This document shows positions 11,386 to 22,619 of a DNA stretch of 37,631 nt, piece by piece. The stretch comes from Jimgerdemannia flammicorona (Eukaryota): the NCBI GenBank assembly GCA_003990765.1, contig RBNJ01000186.1:1-37631 (forward strand), in the 5' to 3' direction. Made by a program: the position numbers and the translations under genes. The notes under the pieces were generated by a model. That model made no database searches, was not told where the DNA came from, and worked only from the letters and a program-made list of their open reading frames with translations. Each line of letters opens with the position of its first letter. Position 1 is the stretch's first letter.

Positions 11386-13948
11386 ATATCAATAGATCAG
11401 TCTTTAACAGTTCACAGTACCAATGATGCTTCAAGTCAAACATCCCTGATAGTTCCACACCTTCTATGCAATCCTTGCTCTGAAATCTGGCAACATTATG
11501 CTAAGATAGGAGATGATGTTGTTTGTAATTATTGCAGGTAAAAAATTAAGATACACCTATTGACTTGTTTGATACATACATGATATTATTTCATCCACCC
11601 CCATAAACTGCACCAGCCAGAAGTTCAAAATGCTTGGTGGTATGACCTTGAACATGAATCAATATATAAAAGACAAGCACTCTGACAAAATCAAAAAGAA
11701 CATGGAGACAAATAAAATCGACATCCAAGCTGTGGTGGGTATATTTATCCAATTGCCCAACCATTTCTGTACCAACAATGCCATTTAATAAAAAATATTT
11801 AGCCATACTCTTCAGCAGAATTTTGAAATCAGCTCATTCGCTAGATTGTATGCACAGACCAGCCATTCACAACTATCAAGAGTAATCAATTGCATAGCAT
11901 CTTTGGCCTCCTCAAGCATGATTTATATTTGCCAAGTACTGATACTATTCGCAAAGATGTCCTGGAGGCCTATAGGAAGGAGTATGACAATCTCCACCAG
12001 ACACTTCAGATAAAATAAGGGCAGTACTGTGACCTTTACAAGCTGAATTATATAAAAGAGCTCACCAATTTAATCTTACATTCAATAAGCAGAATTCAGC
12101 AGGCAAAATTTCGTTTACGATTGACACATGGACATCCCCCAATGCAATTTTGTTTCTGGGCATTATCAGTCATTAGATTGATCTCAATTGACAGCTTAAA
12201 TCTCTCACCCTTGACTTCATCAAACTTGCTGGCCCTCATTTTGGAGACAACATCGCAGATGCTTTTATTAGTTGTATCTGGGAGCTTGGGATCACAACCA
12301 AGGTAAAAAAAGGGGGGCTTGCCATCAGGTTGGTGTTTTGAGGGAGGTTCTTAAATAAAATAGATTTTGTTGGTTATTTATTTTCACATAATTTGCCAAC
12401 TGAATATTTCAAGTATAGATTTTAGCCATTACTATGGATAATGCCACAAACAACTCAACATTTTTCCAAGTTTTAGTGGTCAGCCTCAAACAGGAAAACG
12501 TGGCCTTTGGTGCAGAAAGCTATCATATGTGATGCCAGGCCTACATACTAAACCTTGCTATTCAGGACTATCTTATGCATATAGACAAAACATCCAAGAG
12601 AGGAGGGGCCCTGACTATAATTTCCAAGCTGTGCAAACTGGTTGTGTCGGTCTGATCATCCCCACAATGATGAGACAAATTCGCTGCACAGTGTAGGGCA
12701 ATCAGTTTAGCCTCAAAAGAGCTTATATTGAATGTCTATATGCGTTAGAACTCAATATTTGCAATGATCCAGCATGCGCTGGAGTTTGCTGTGGGTTGTA
12801 TTCTTTTTTTCTTTGGTCGGCTGAAGCAACTATTTTAGATAATGGAAGATTTATTTTAAAAAAAAAAAAAAAAAAAAAAAAGCCAATAGATTCAACAATG
12901 GCTGCCGATAAGGAAATACAGGCCAAGACTCTAGGTGAAAGCGAGTGGGACATACTTAGGAATGTTGTCAGAGTTTTGGAAGTAAGTGGTGGTTGCTCTG
13001 GCTCTACACTCGTTTTGTCTACCTCCATACAATACAACACCTCACCACATATAACTACCAGTGTTTCAACAATTGTATGAAGGATATAGTCAAACAAACA
13101 ACCCCAACAATAAGCTCTGCAATATCAGTATACAACCTTCTGATTGACCAGTTAGAGGACAAGCTCGAGGGCAGACTGGAGAGTTGTGGTGATTTATGAT
13201 TAAGCCCGGATCAGAGAGACACTATGGAGGTTGCTCTAAGCAAGCTTAGAAAATACTACTCCCAAACAGATACCACCATATACTCAATTAGTACAGGTAT
13301 GTCGATGTCAGCATATGGCCATTGCCCCTTCCAAAACAGAGGAAACCCTACAAAAACTTACTCTCCTTTTCTTTGAACAGTGCTAGACCTATGCTTAAAG
13401 CTACAATACTATAAAGATCAGGGCTGAGAGCAGTACTTTATTGAGAGAACCAAGTAGGCCATAATCGAAGTATACTGGAAAAACTATGTACCACCACAAG
13501 GTTCCAGCCAAAGTCTGGATGAATATACCATAGGATCTCTCCTGTCTCACATTTACTTCAGCAGAAAGAGGAAGAGGGAGCCATCAGTAGAAGAGCTGCC
13601 GTCAATAGAAAAACTTACTATTTACCTTGCCAGCAACCATGTAGTCCTGCTGGAGGGCACAGAGGTGCTCAACTGGTGGAAGGTGGGTTGTCAGGTGGGC
13701 ATTGAGCCAATTTAACCCACCAATCTAACCACTGCTCTACCCACCGGGGTATGCAGCTATGTCAAACAGACTTCCTCAGCCTATGTGGTATGGCTTGAGA
13801 CTACCTGGCAATTCCTGCCTCCAGTGCTCCTGTCGAGTGGATGTTCTCAGGTGGGGTGGACCTCATTGCCCCAAAGAGGTGTGCGCTGAATGCTGAGACA
13901 CTCCGGACATATATGTGTCTGAAGTCTTGGTGGGGCTTGGGCTACTAA
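11386..13948 (+). pseudogene. hAT transposase, inner copy, intron-containing, inactivated
   Basis: Same exons as the outer copy: IWQHYAKIGDDVVCNYC, KISFTIDTWTSPN, ITMDNATNN, VLNWWK, DYLAIPASSAPVEWMFSGG, CLKSWW. Start approximate. Confidence 0.92.
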
Positions 13949-14049
13949 AATTCAGCGGGTCTACAGATAAGTTGGTTGGCCTTGTGGAATATTTAATACC
14001 TTTCAAAATAATAAAAAAGGAAAAAAAACCTGAGGACTTGGCCCGGAGT

Positions 14050-14640
14050 TTGCGACCCAAGTGGGGCAGAGTTGGTGGTAGCAACGGAGGGAGCATACAA
14101 TATTTGTGGCCCTCAACCAGCAGCAAGGAGCAGCCCCAAGCTGCCAGTGCTCGGATTGGTGGGCAGGTTGGTGGGCGGGTTGGTGGGTCAGTGGGCAGAT
14201 CAGTGGGTGGGTCAGTGGGTCAGCGGAGAGAGTGCACAAAATTTGTGGCCCTCCGCCGGCAGCAAGGAGTAGCCCTAAGCCGCAAGTGTCTAGGTCGGGA
14301 GGTAGGTGGAGGGAGCATGCAAAATTTGTGGCCCTCTACTAGCAGCGAGGGGCAGCCCCAAGCTATCAGTGTCCAGGTCAGTGGGCAGGGTTGGTTGGTG
14401 GGTGCAGAGTCAGTGGAGGGAGTGCGCAAAATTTGTGGCCCTCCGCCAATAGCAAGGGGCATCCCCAAGCTGCAAGTATCTGGGATGGACAGGGCAGGCA
14501 GAGGGAGTGCACAAAATTTGCAGCCCTCCACCAGTGGCATAGGGGCAGCCTCAAGCCACCAAGGAGTCTAGGGTGGAGGGTGTTTCTGGTGATCAGAGGG
14601 TACTTCTGGTGGTTGGAGAGCATTTCCGGCAGTTGAAGTC
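14050..14640 (+). repeat. GC-rich compound repeat of the inner hAT copy
   Basis: Same core unit as 9490-10390, about 5 copies, with GGGTCAGTGGG/GGTTGGTGGG short arrays. Confidence 0.82.
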
Positions 14641-14811
14641 ACTGGTTCGGGTCCCATGGGCACTCTGGTAGGGCCCTGCATAATGGCTAAGCTAGTACTA
14701 CATAAGAGGTGCCTGGCCCAACCCCCCCATATAAGACTGCCCAACCTGTACAAAATGGCTACCTAACCCTTACAAAAGATTGCCTAACCCTTGTGAAAGA
14801 TTGCCTAACCC

Positions 14812-16896
14812 TCACAAAAACTGCTCCACCCGCTGGTTCCAGGCCTTGATAAGCTTATCATCTATTGTGAGTGTGATGACTATTGTGTCTGAGCTCTCCT
14901 CAAAGGTAATAGTGCCATGGTGGTCATGTGGTTGGAATAGGATGGCCGTGTTGGCTGCAAACGGGACCCCAAAACTGTAGATAAGGTCATACCAGACTCT
15001 GCCGCTATCCTCCCAGGTTGGACCCTTCCTTTCCAGGATATAAAACATTACTGAGGTGACATTGTTGTCTGTATGTGTGGGCAGAGAAAGGTTGTGTCTA
15101 ATATATTCTGATATGATGTGAGCATACAGTTGGGTGAACCCTTGGTCCAGGACCTCATACTGCCAGACTGTACTGGTGGATGCCTGCTCTTGGTCCAGCC
15201 CTGGGAGCCCCAGCTTGGAAATCTGCCAAAATGGACGGCAACCAGTCAGTCCTTTTTTGCATGTAGGGGGGCAGAAATCCCCCGGGCTGCAGAAACCCCC
15301 TGGGCTGCAGCACTCCAAAAAAGTGGAGCTCCTCACCTTATATGGTATGTTTAATTGCACTAAGAATGTACATACAGCCATGCTGAGATCACTACCAAGC
15401 TGGCCTACCATATACTCTATCAATCTGCTCAAAGAACCCCAGATCATAGCCGCCATCACCACACAGACCATGTCATACTCATACACAGTTTGCTCTTTAA
15501 TGGTACTTCTAAAGTTCCAGTAGGGATACAGAATCTTGTGTATCTCTAGAATTGTATCAAAAAGAGTATGTCGGCAAAGAGTGTGATTTATCTGGGGAGG
15601 GGTTAAAAAAAAAGGGAGACAAGTGCGGGGGATTTCAGAACTCCAGAACCCACTCTTCACCAATATTGCAGTATACCCAATTCCCATCCAAACCCCCCCT
15701 CCTTGCTTTTTCATCCCCTCTTTCCTGCCACCCAGTATTTGATGCAATCCTCGCAAATCTTATTGATATGGTGGCAAAGCTCATCACTGTAGAGGTTTCT
15801 TACCACCATCGCAACCACCTCTCCACATTCATTAATAAAGATATGGTTCTCTTCATCATTGGTTACTCCTGCTGGCCAATGGACCTCTTGGTTGAGTATG
15901 ATTGGCTCTGATTCGAATGTAGACCCCCAAGCCTTGATAATGATGCTGGTACTACTCATGCTGAACATCTTGCCCTCGAATTTCTCTATTTGATCAGATG
16001 CTGGATGTGGTTGAACTCAGGTAACTTTGAACTCTCCTTTCCAATGGAACTGAGCCCTGATCTAAGAGACCGAGATAAGTATACAGATGGGTTATGTGTG
16101 GACAGGTTGTGTGCGGATGGGTTGTGTGCAGGTGGGTTGTGTGTGAGCAGGTTGTGTGTGGGCAGGTTGTGGGTGGGTTGCATGTGGGCGGATTGCATGT
16201 GGGCAGGTTGTGTGTGGATGGGTTGTATGTGGGTGTAGGTGTTTTTTAGAGAGAGACCACGTAAAAATGAAATTAAATAAAATACAGAGATGGGTATTTC
16301 AGAAAAAGAGTGTGAGTGAGTGAGTGAGTGAGCTATATACTAATAAGTTGTATGCTGACAAGTTGCATGAGTTGCACAAGATTGCTCATGAAGGCTTGCT
16401 TCTATTCCTTTTGAGACCTCTACCATGCAATGTATTGACTCAACAGCTCAGCCACCAAAGACATGCCCCGCAATGTCTGCCAGCCTTTCTTCATCTTGAC
16501 CAGATGTTGTGAATAAAGTCAGCAGATCTCGCCATAGAGCTGTGGACCCTAAGAAAAGCATAAGGTGAATTGGATTATGCTGGGGAAGTTTAAATAAATA
16601 CAAGTAAACAAGTGGCAGCCAAGTGAGCAACCTACATCTACTATCAGCTGCTCCAAAAAGGCTGCCACATACATAGCTGTGAGGTCTGTGAATTCTGAGA
16701 TCCAAAGGGCCACCATGAGTTATTGCCGGAATTCTCCCTCATCCCTGCCATCAGCATTGCCATTGTCACCACCACTGCTGTCACCCCTTTGGCTCTTGAT
16801 GAGCAGCTTGTGTACTGTCTATATGAGAAAGAATCTAACATTGTCAGTAGAGAGTGCATTTCCACCTCAAATACTCCCTCTTTTGATGATTATTAC
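14812..16896 (-). pseudogene. Inner-copy cargo gene, TET/JBP-like 2OG-Fe(II) dioxygenase, at least 4 introns
   Basis: HxD (HTD 15067-15075) preceded by N..P; distal His in LFQPHDHHGT (14911-14922). Clear intron 15223-15336 (AAG|GTGAG, branch CTGAC, TTTTGGCAG|). Exon frames are largely conserved between the two copies. Start approximate. Confidence 0.7.
16088..16236 (+). repeat. 15-bp minisatellite (GGTTGTGTGTGGGCA-like, ~9-10 copies) in a predicted cargo-gene intron
   Basis: Visible tandem array, shorter in the outer copy (~18245-18325). Lies upstream of the minus-strand acceptor TTAG|ATCAGGGCTCAG. Confidence 0.8.
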
Positions 16897-17387
16897 AGGG
16901 TGAAAAATGAGTAGACTGGACCAACATATGAATTAAGGACTGCTGTTTTGTTTGCTCATGATGTGGCAGGAAAGAATAAAGAAAAAGAATAAAGAAAAAG
17001 AATAAAAAAAAGAACAAAAGAAGAGAGGGAGCAAAAGGAAAGGGTGATGTCACCAAAGTGTGGCAGGAAAAAAAAAACAAGAGTGAAATGAATAAAAGAA
17101 AGGGTGATATCACCAAAGATTTCAATCTGGATCAATCTGGATCAATCCAGATCAGATCACGAGATCAATCCAAGTTGATTTGAATCCATCACATGATGAA
17201 TCTGAATTGAATCTCATCTGGATCAACTCCATCCATTCAGAGCACTAATCCAGGACCTCATACTACCAGGCTGTGCTGGTGGATACCTGTTCTTTGTCCA
17301 GCCCTGGGAGCCCTGGCTTAGAAATCTGCTAAAATGGACAGCAACCAGTCAGTCCTTTTTGTATGTAGGGGGGCAGAAACCCCCTGG

Positions 17388-17465
17388 GCCACAGAAACCC
17401 CCCAGGCCACAGAAACCCCCCAGACCACAGAAACCCCCCAGGCCACAGAAACCCCCCAGGCTGCA
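17388..17465 (+). repeat. 18-bp tandem repeat AGAAACCCCCCAGGCCAC-like x4 in a cargo-gene intron
   Basis: About 4 units here versus 2 in the inner copy (~15273-15310), within the GTGAG..CAG intron. Confidence 0.85.
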
Positions 17466-20400
17466 GCACCCCAAAAAAGCAGAGCTCCTCACCTTATATG
17501 GCATGCTAAATTGCACCAAGAATATATATATAGTTACACTGAGATCACCACCAAGCTGGCCTGCCATATACTCTACCAATCTGCTTAAAGAACCACAGAT
17601 CATAGCCACTATCACTGTACAGGCTGTATTGTGCTCGCACATAGTTTGCTCTTCGACAGCACTTCTAAAGTTCTGGTAGAAGTACAGAATCTTGTGCATC
17701 TCTGGAATTATATCAAAAAGAGTATGTTGGCAAAGAGTATGATTTATCTAGGGAGGAAAAAAAAAAAAAAGAGAGACGAGTGTGAGGGATTTTGGAACTT
17801 CGGAACCCACCCTTCACCAGTGTTGAAGTATACCCAATTCCCATCCAAACCCCTCCTCCTTGCTTTTTTCGCCCTCTCTTTCCTGCCATCCAGTATTTGA
17901 CGCAATCCTCACAAATCTCATTGATATGGTGATGAAGCTCATCACTATAGAGGTTCTTTACCACCATCACAACCACCTCTCTATGTTCATTAATAAAGAT
18001 ATGGTTCTCTCCGTCATTGGTTACTCCTGCTGGCCAATGGATCCCTTGGTCGAGAATAATTGGCTCTGATTCAAATATAGATCCCCAAGCCTTGATGATG
18101 ATGCTGGTACTGCTCATGCTGAACATCTTGCCCTTGAATTTCTCTATTTGATCAGATGCCAGACATGGTTGAACTTGGGTAACTTTGAACTCTCCTTTCC
18201 AATGGAACTGAGCCCTGATCTGAGGGACCAAAATAAGTGTATGGATGGGTTATGTGCAGACAGGATGCATGTAGACAAATTGCATGTAGGCAAGTTGTGT
18301 GCAGGTAGGTTGCATGCAAGTGTGGGTGTTTTTTAGGGGAAGACCATGTAAAAAATGAAATTAAATAAAACACAGAGATGGGTATTTCAGAAAAAGAGTG
18401 TGAGTGAGTGAGTGAGTAAGCTGTATACCAATGAGTTGCACACTGACAAGTTGCATGAGTTGTACAAGATTGCTCATGAAGGCTTGCTTCTGTTCCTTTT
18501 GAGACCTCTGCCATGTGATGCATTGACTCAACAGCTCAGCCATCAAAGGCATGCCCTGCAACGTCCTCCAATCTTTCTTCATCTTAACTAGATATTGTGA
18601 ATAAAGTTGGCAGATCTCACCATAGAGCTGTGGACCCTAAGAAGAGCATGAGGTGAATCAGATCATACTGGGGGAATTTAAACAAGTAAAAAGTAGTAGC
18701 AGAAAAGAACAACCTACATCTACTACTGGCTACTCCAAAAAGACTACTGCATACATAGCTGTGAGGTCTGTAAATTCCAAGGTCTGAAGGACCGCCATGA
18801 GTTATTGCCAGAATTCACCCTTCTCTACCATTGCTGTCACTGTTGCCATTGCCATTGCCATTGCCACTGCCATCACCTCTTTGGCTCTTGATGAGCAGCT
18901 TATGTGCTGCCCATATGAGAAAGAATCTAACATTGTCAGCAGAGAGTGCATTTCCATCTCGAATACTCCCTCTTTTGATGATCATGCAGGGTGAAAAATG
19001 AGTAGACTGGACCAATATATGAATTAAGGGCTGCTGTTTTGTTTGCTTGTAATATAGCAGAAAAGAACAAAGAAAAAGAACAAAGAAAAGAGAGGGAACA
19101 AAAGAAAGGAGTGATGTTACCAAAGTGTGGTAGAAAAAAAAAAATAAGAGCAAAATGAATAAAAGAAAGGGTGATATCATCAAAGATTTCAATCTAGATA
19201 GATCAATCCAGATGGATCAATCTGGATCAGATCACAAGACCAATCTGAGTTGATTTGAATCCATCACATGACAAACCTGAATTAAATCTCATCTAGATCA
19301 ACTCCATTCATTTGAAGCACTAACCTAGGCTAGCTATTGTCCAGCAGCTTGACCATGCCAGGCACAGCAGAGCCTATGGCAGTCCATATCTCATTCTGCG
19401 CACCATGCTCTCCCTACCACCAGGGGAAACTCAGCCATATGCTAACAACCAAAAGCATATGCCTGAGAACCCAACATATATACAAGACCATATTGAATAT
19501 AATAGCCCCTACCACCTCAAAGAGAATGACAGGCAAAGAAAAACTCTCATCAAAGTACAATATAGTGGATAGAGCCTGGTTCTCCCAGTTGAGGTGAGTA
19601 AAGGACTTATATATGAGGCGGGAGGAGACCCCTAATACCCCACTACTCAAGTCTGTGGGCCTTGATCACATTGCCATGTCAGCTCCCAGTTCCAGTTAAG
19701 TGTAGCCAAGATACCTGAAATGGGTAGTCTTGGGCCCCCTGACCCCCCCTGACAACTGGGGCCCAACCTGCTGAATCACCAAAAGTAGCCAAGAGTGATA
19801 CCTACTACCTAACTATGCCACACTAATCAAAAGGCCCCACTGAAGCAGTACCTACCCCAGCCCCAATGACCGCCCCCAGTCTGGCACCCTACTGGTTCAC
19901 CATAATCACCCTTTCTCCTATCTATGATAGCTATCTCCTCTCCCATCCCAACAATACCTGAAAAGCAGTCACCTATGCCAGAACCACACTCGCCAGGAAG
20001 CTTGCCAAAGCCAGAGGGCCCCACTACAGGCACTGAGGACCTACAGGTAATCTATACTAAGCACTTGATGCCCAAGGTTAGCTGACTCCTTATGTAGCCT
20101 GAGATACACCAAGACAGCACCTTGTTGGTGACAGCAAAAGGAAGAAGGCACCACACCAAAATGAATGCACTCCAGATCAGCTGAAGGCACCAGAAACTAT
20201 GAAAAAGTAGAGAAGACACTGATCTGATACTGATAAAGGGGCAGCTTATCACCATTGCCTCCCTCCTACTGCCCTGCAACAAGTACAGCAAACCAATCTG
20301 AGGTAGAGAGGGTAATAATTGTGGAAAGAGGACTCAAAAGATTGTCTACCAAACTATTGTGACTGGTAAGGTAGTGGAGAAAGGGATGGGCCCTCTGTAC

Positions 20401-20510
20401 TATATAAGAATGGCCAATTCCCACCAATACTCTAATATAAGTTTGAGAAATTTTGATTAAGTATATTTAGTCTTATATTATCTAAGAACTCAATGAGGAC
20501 ATTGGTTCTT

Positions 20511-20523
20511 AAGGAGAGAGGGA
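20511..20523 (+). promoter_or_regulatory. Polypurine tract of element 1
   Basis: GAGGACATTGG-TTCTT-AAGGAGAGAGGGA immediately followed by TGTAACA. Confidence 0.75.
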
Positions 20524-20692
20524 TGTAACAATTTTACAGTCATATTTAGTCTTAGTATATTTTTGCATCTTTTAGTTAGTCTTTTTTAGTCATTTCTTGA
20601 ATATTCTACTATGTTCTACCATCTTTTACTTGCTTAGAAACCTTCTCTCAGTACCCAGATATCACTAGAACATTCTTGTCTTTTCTTAGTAC
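20524..20692 (+). repeat. LTR (probably of element 1), left part; interrupted by element 2 and resuming at 31518
   Basis: Starts TGTAACA after the PPT; continuity with 31518 onward is shown by the GTAC TSD. Confidence 0.7.
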
Positions 20693-22617
20693 TGTGACAA
20701 ACCACGAAACATAGCAATCTCAAAACCTAACCAGGTGATGTGAATGTTAGTACAGCATAGTAATCAGCAACCATTGCTGTGGAAGATATATAAATAACCA
20801 GATAGCCAAAGAAGGAAATAATGTGGACAGTGGCTGTCACCCTGACAGTGGCTGTCACCCTGACAGTGGCCATCACCCTGACAGTGAACATCACCCCATA
20901 AATAGCAAATCTATAGTTACCAGATAGCAACCACAATTAGTGCTCCGAACGAGTCAATCCGGATGGGATTTGGATGGATTCGAATCAGATTCGAATCGGA
21001 TCCGAATCGGATTCGAATCAACCATTGTTTTGATTTCCAAATTAGACAATTAAATGTTTACATCAATAACTTGATGAATAATCATCCAAATTTGATGATC
21101 TTAGTGTCATTTGAAAGCCCTTAATAAGGCCTTTCTAATGATACCAAGAATATTAAAATCGGATTACATGTTGCCGAGATATTAAGGAAAACGTTCCATT
21201 TGACGAAATTTCCAAAATCAGCAAATCAAAGAATTTCCAAAATCGGCGATTCAGACGTTTTCCTTCATAACTCAGCAACGCATGATCCGATTTCAATGTT
21301 CTTGGTATCATTAGATAGGCCATATTAAGGGCTTTCAAATGACACCAAGATCATCAAATTTGGATGATTATTCATCAAGTTATTGATGTAAACATTTAAT
21401 TGTCTAATTTGGAAATCAAAACAATGGTTGATTCGAATCCGATTCGAATCCATCCGGATGGGATTCGAATCCCATCCGAGTTGATCTGGATGGGATTCAA
21501 TCCGAATTAATCCAAATCCAATCCGGATTAAATTGACTCGTTAGGAGCACTAACCACAATGTATAAATTACCCCAGAGACAAGAGTGAATAAACCTCAGT
21601 CTGAAATACAAACACCAAAGAAGCCTCTAAAGATTGAGCATTGGTCCCCTTTCCACTCTGGTCCACTTTCCGATATAAAGAAGAGTCTGATATGTTTTTG
21701 GTTCGCTTGCCAGATAAGCCTGAAGAATTCCAGTTTTCCGCCAAGTTCAAGGAAGAACTTCGCCGCATTCCCAGAGAGCCCTATTCTTGCCACAAGCTAG
21801 TCTGTTGATGCAACTTCACAGTAGAGCCAGTCTATCAATATAACTCCACACAAATGAAGCCAGTCTTTGACATAACTTGCCAAGAATCCGAGTAGTATTC
21901 CCAGTTGAAGCCAATTCAGGAAGAATCCACGCCATCTGAGTTATTTCCCAGAAGCCCACCAATTCAGGAGAATCTGTGTCCTCTGCCATTTTTAAGTTAT
22001 CTGCATTCCCAGTTGAAGCCACCAATTCAGGAAGAATCCGCGCCATTGTATTCCCAGAAGAGCTGCCAATTCAGGAAGAATCCACAACATCTGAGTTATT
22101 TATTCCCAGTGAGCTGAAACAGAAGAATCCATGCTATACTATTCCCAGTGAGCGAAATCGAGCTATCCGCCAAATTATCAGAATGTTCCACATAAGGAAG
22201 CCCATGCTACACAGAGATCGTCATGCAGAAATCACATAAGGAGAACTGCTAAATTGCCAGACTGTTATACTTATGCTATACAAGATCATCACTCAGAAAT
22301 CACATACTTTTGGAGATTGTCATGCTATACAAAAATTGCTTGCTACTCAAGAAGGAAACCATTCGCACTACATACAAATTCTGCTATTCCCAGTTGACCC
22401 AAGAAGGAAAGACACAAATTGCCGCTACACCTAGAGACCCATCCCAATAAAGAAACTGCTTGCAGATATCCAGCTTTGACTATTATATCACTAAACACCA
22501 AGGACCTCAGGAATCTTAGAACATTTTGTTACTTTTTGATAAAGTAACTGGGGGCTCAAGCCAAACTACATCAACCCTCAACCTTATAATTTGCCTCCAT
22601 TGAGCCGGTACATTATA
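20693..22617 (+). repeat. 5' LTR of element 2 (contains a MITE insertion)
   Basis: Colinear with 30201-31513 apart from the 615-bp MITE plus TSD and a short indel. Contains 18-bp GACAGTGGCTGTCACCCT x4 (20826-20897). Confidence 0.93.
20938..21552. mobile_element. hAT-type MITE (615 bp), nearly palindromic
   Basis: TIR TAGTGCTCCGAACGAGTCAAT / ATTGACTCGTTAGGAGCACTA; exact 8-bp TSD ACCACAAT (20930-20937, 21553-21560); absent from the 3' LTR. Confidence 0.95.
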
Positions 22618-22619
22618 TT

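Larger units (their letters stand above)
10947..17247 (+). mobile_element. hAT DNA transposon, inner copy (6301 bp), nested in the same orientation within the outer copy of its own family
   Basis: TAGTGCTCTGAATG ... CATTCAGAGCACTA 14-bp perfect TIR. TSD GTTCAGGA (10939-10946) / ATCCAGGA (17248-17255); each is one transition from the empty-site GTCCAGGA seen at 15145-15152. Confidence 0.95.
10606..18985 (-). pseudogene. Outer-copy cargo gene, TET/JBP-like 2OG-Fe(II) dioxygenase; split by the inner hAT (pieces 10606-10946 and 17256-~18985)
   Basis: GYVGYNVSLPIHTDNN (HTD 10861-10869)...SSGVWYDLTYGF...AVLFQPHDHHST. Upstream exons HIFINEHREVVVMVVKNLY...KRG...GGGVWMGIGY. Colinear with the inner copy. 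Start approximate. Confidence 0.65.
6413..19322 (+). mobile_element. hAT DNA transposon, outer copy (~6.6 kb net), with transposase and a convergent dioxygenase-like cargo gene
   Basis: Termini TAGTGCTCTGAAT... / ...ATTTGAAGCACTA. 8-bp TSD ATCTAGGC (6405-6412) / ACCTAGGC (19323-19330). hAT transposase inside; colinear with the inner copy. Confidence 0.92.
6272..20389 (-). mobile_element. Polyadenylated retroposed element (~1.2 kb net: 6272-6412 plus 19331-20389), split by the hAT insertion
   Basis: T23 at 6284-6306 with TTTATT (AATAAA on minus) at 6331-6336. Flanking 17-bp TSD GCTCTCTGCACTATATA (6255-6271) / GCCCTCTGTACTATATA (20390-20406) differs by two transitions. No protein recognised. 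Confidence 0.65.

Noticed and set aside
14812..15756. The 314-aa ORF as a complete single-exon protein
   Set aside because: It reads through at least two introns (one with copy-variable 18-bp repeats) and lacks the upstream exons; treated as part of a spliced gene.
6413..17247. Simple tandem or segmental duplication explaining the two hAT copies
   Set aside because: Two nested TIR pairs, each with its own TSD, show transposition into an existing copy.
6413..19322. KDZ/Zisupton or Plavaka transposase as the carrier of the TET/JBP-like gene
   Set aside because: No CxC or KDZ motifs seen. The only transposase has BED and hAT motifs, and the ends show hAT-type TAGTG TIRs with 8-bp TSDs.
20727..22239. 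Short ORFs in the LTRs and MITE (also 30235-31346)
   Set aside because: Inside non-coding terminal repeats, with no motifs; duplicated only because the LTR is.
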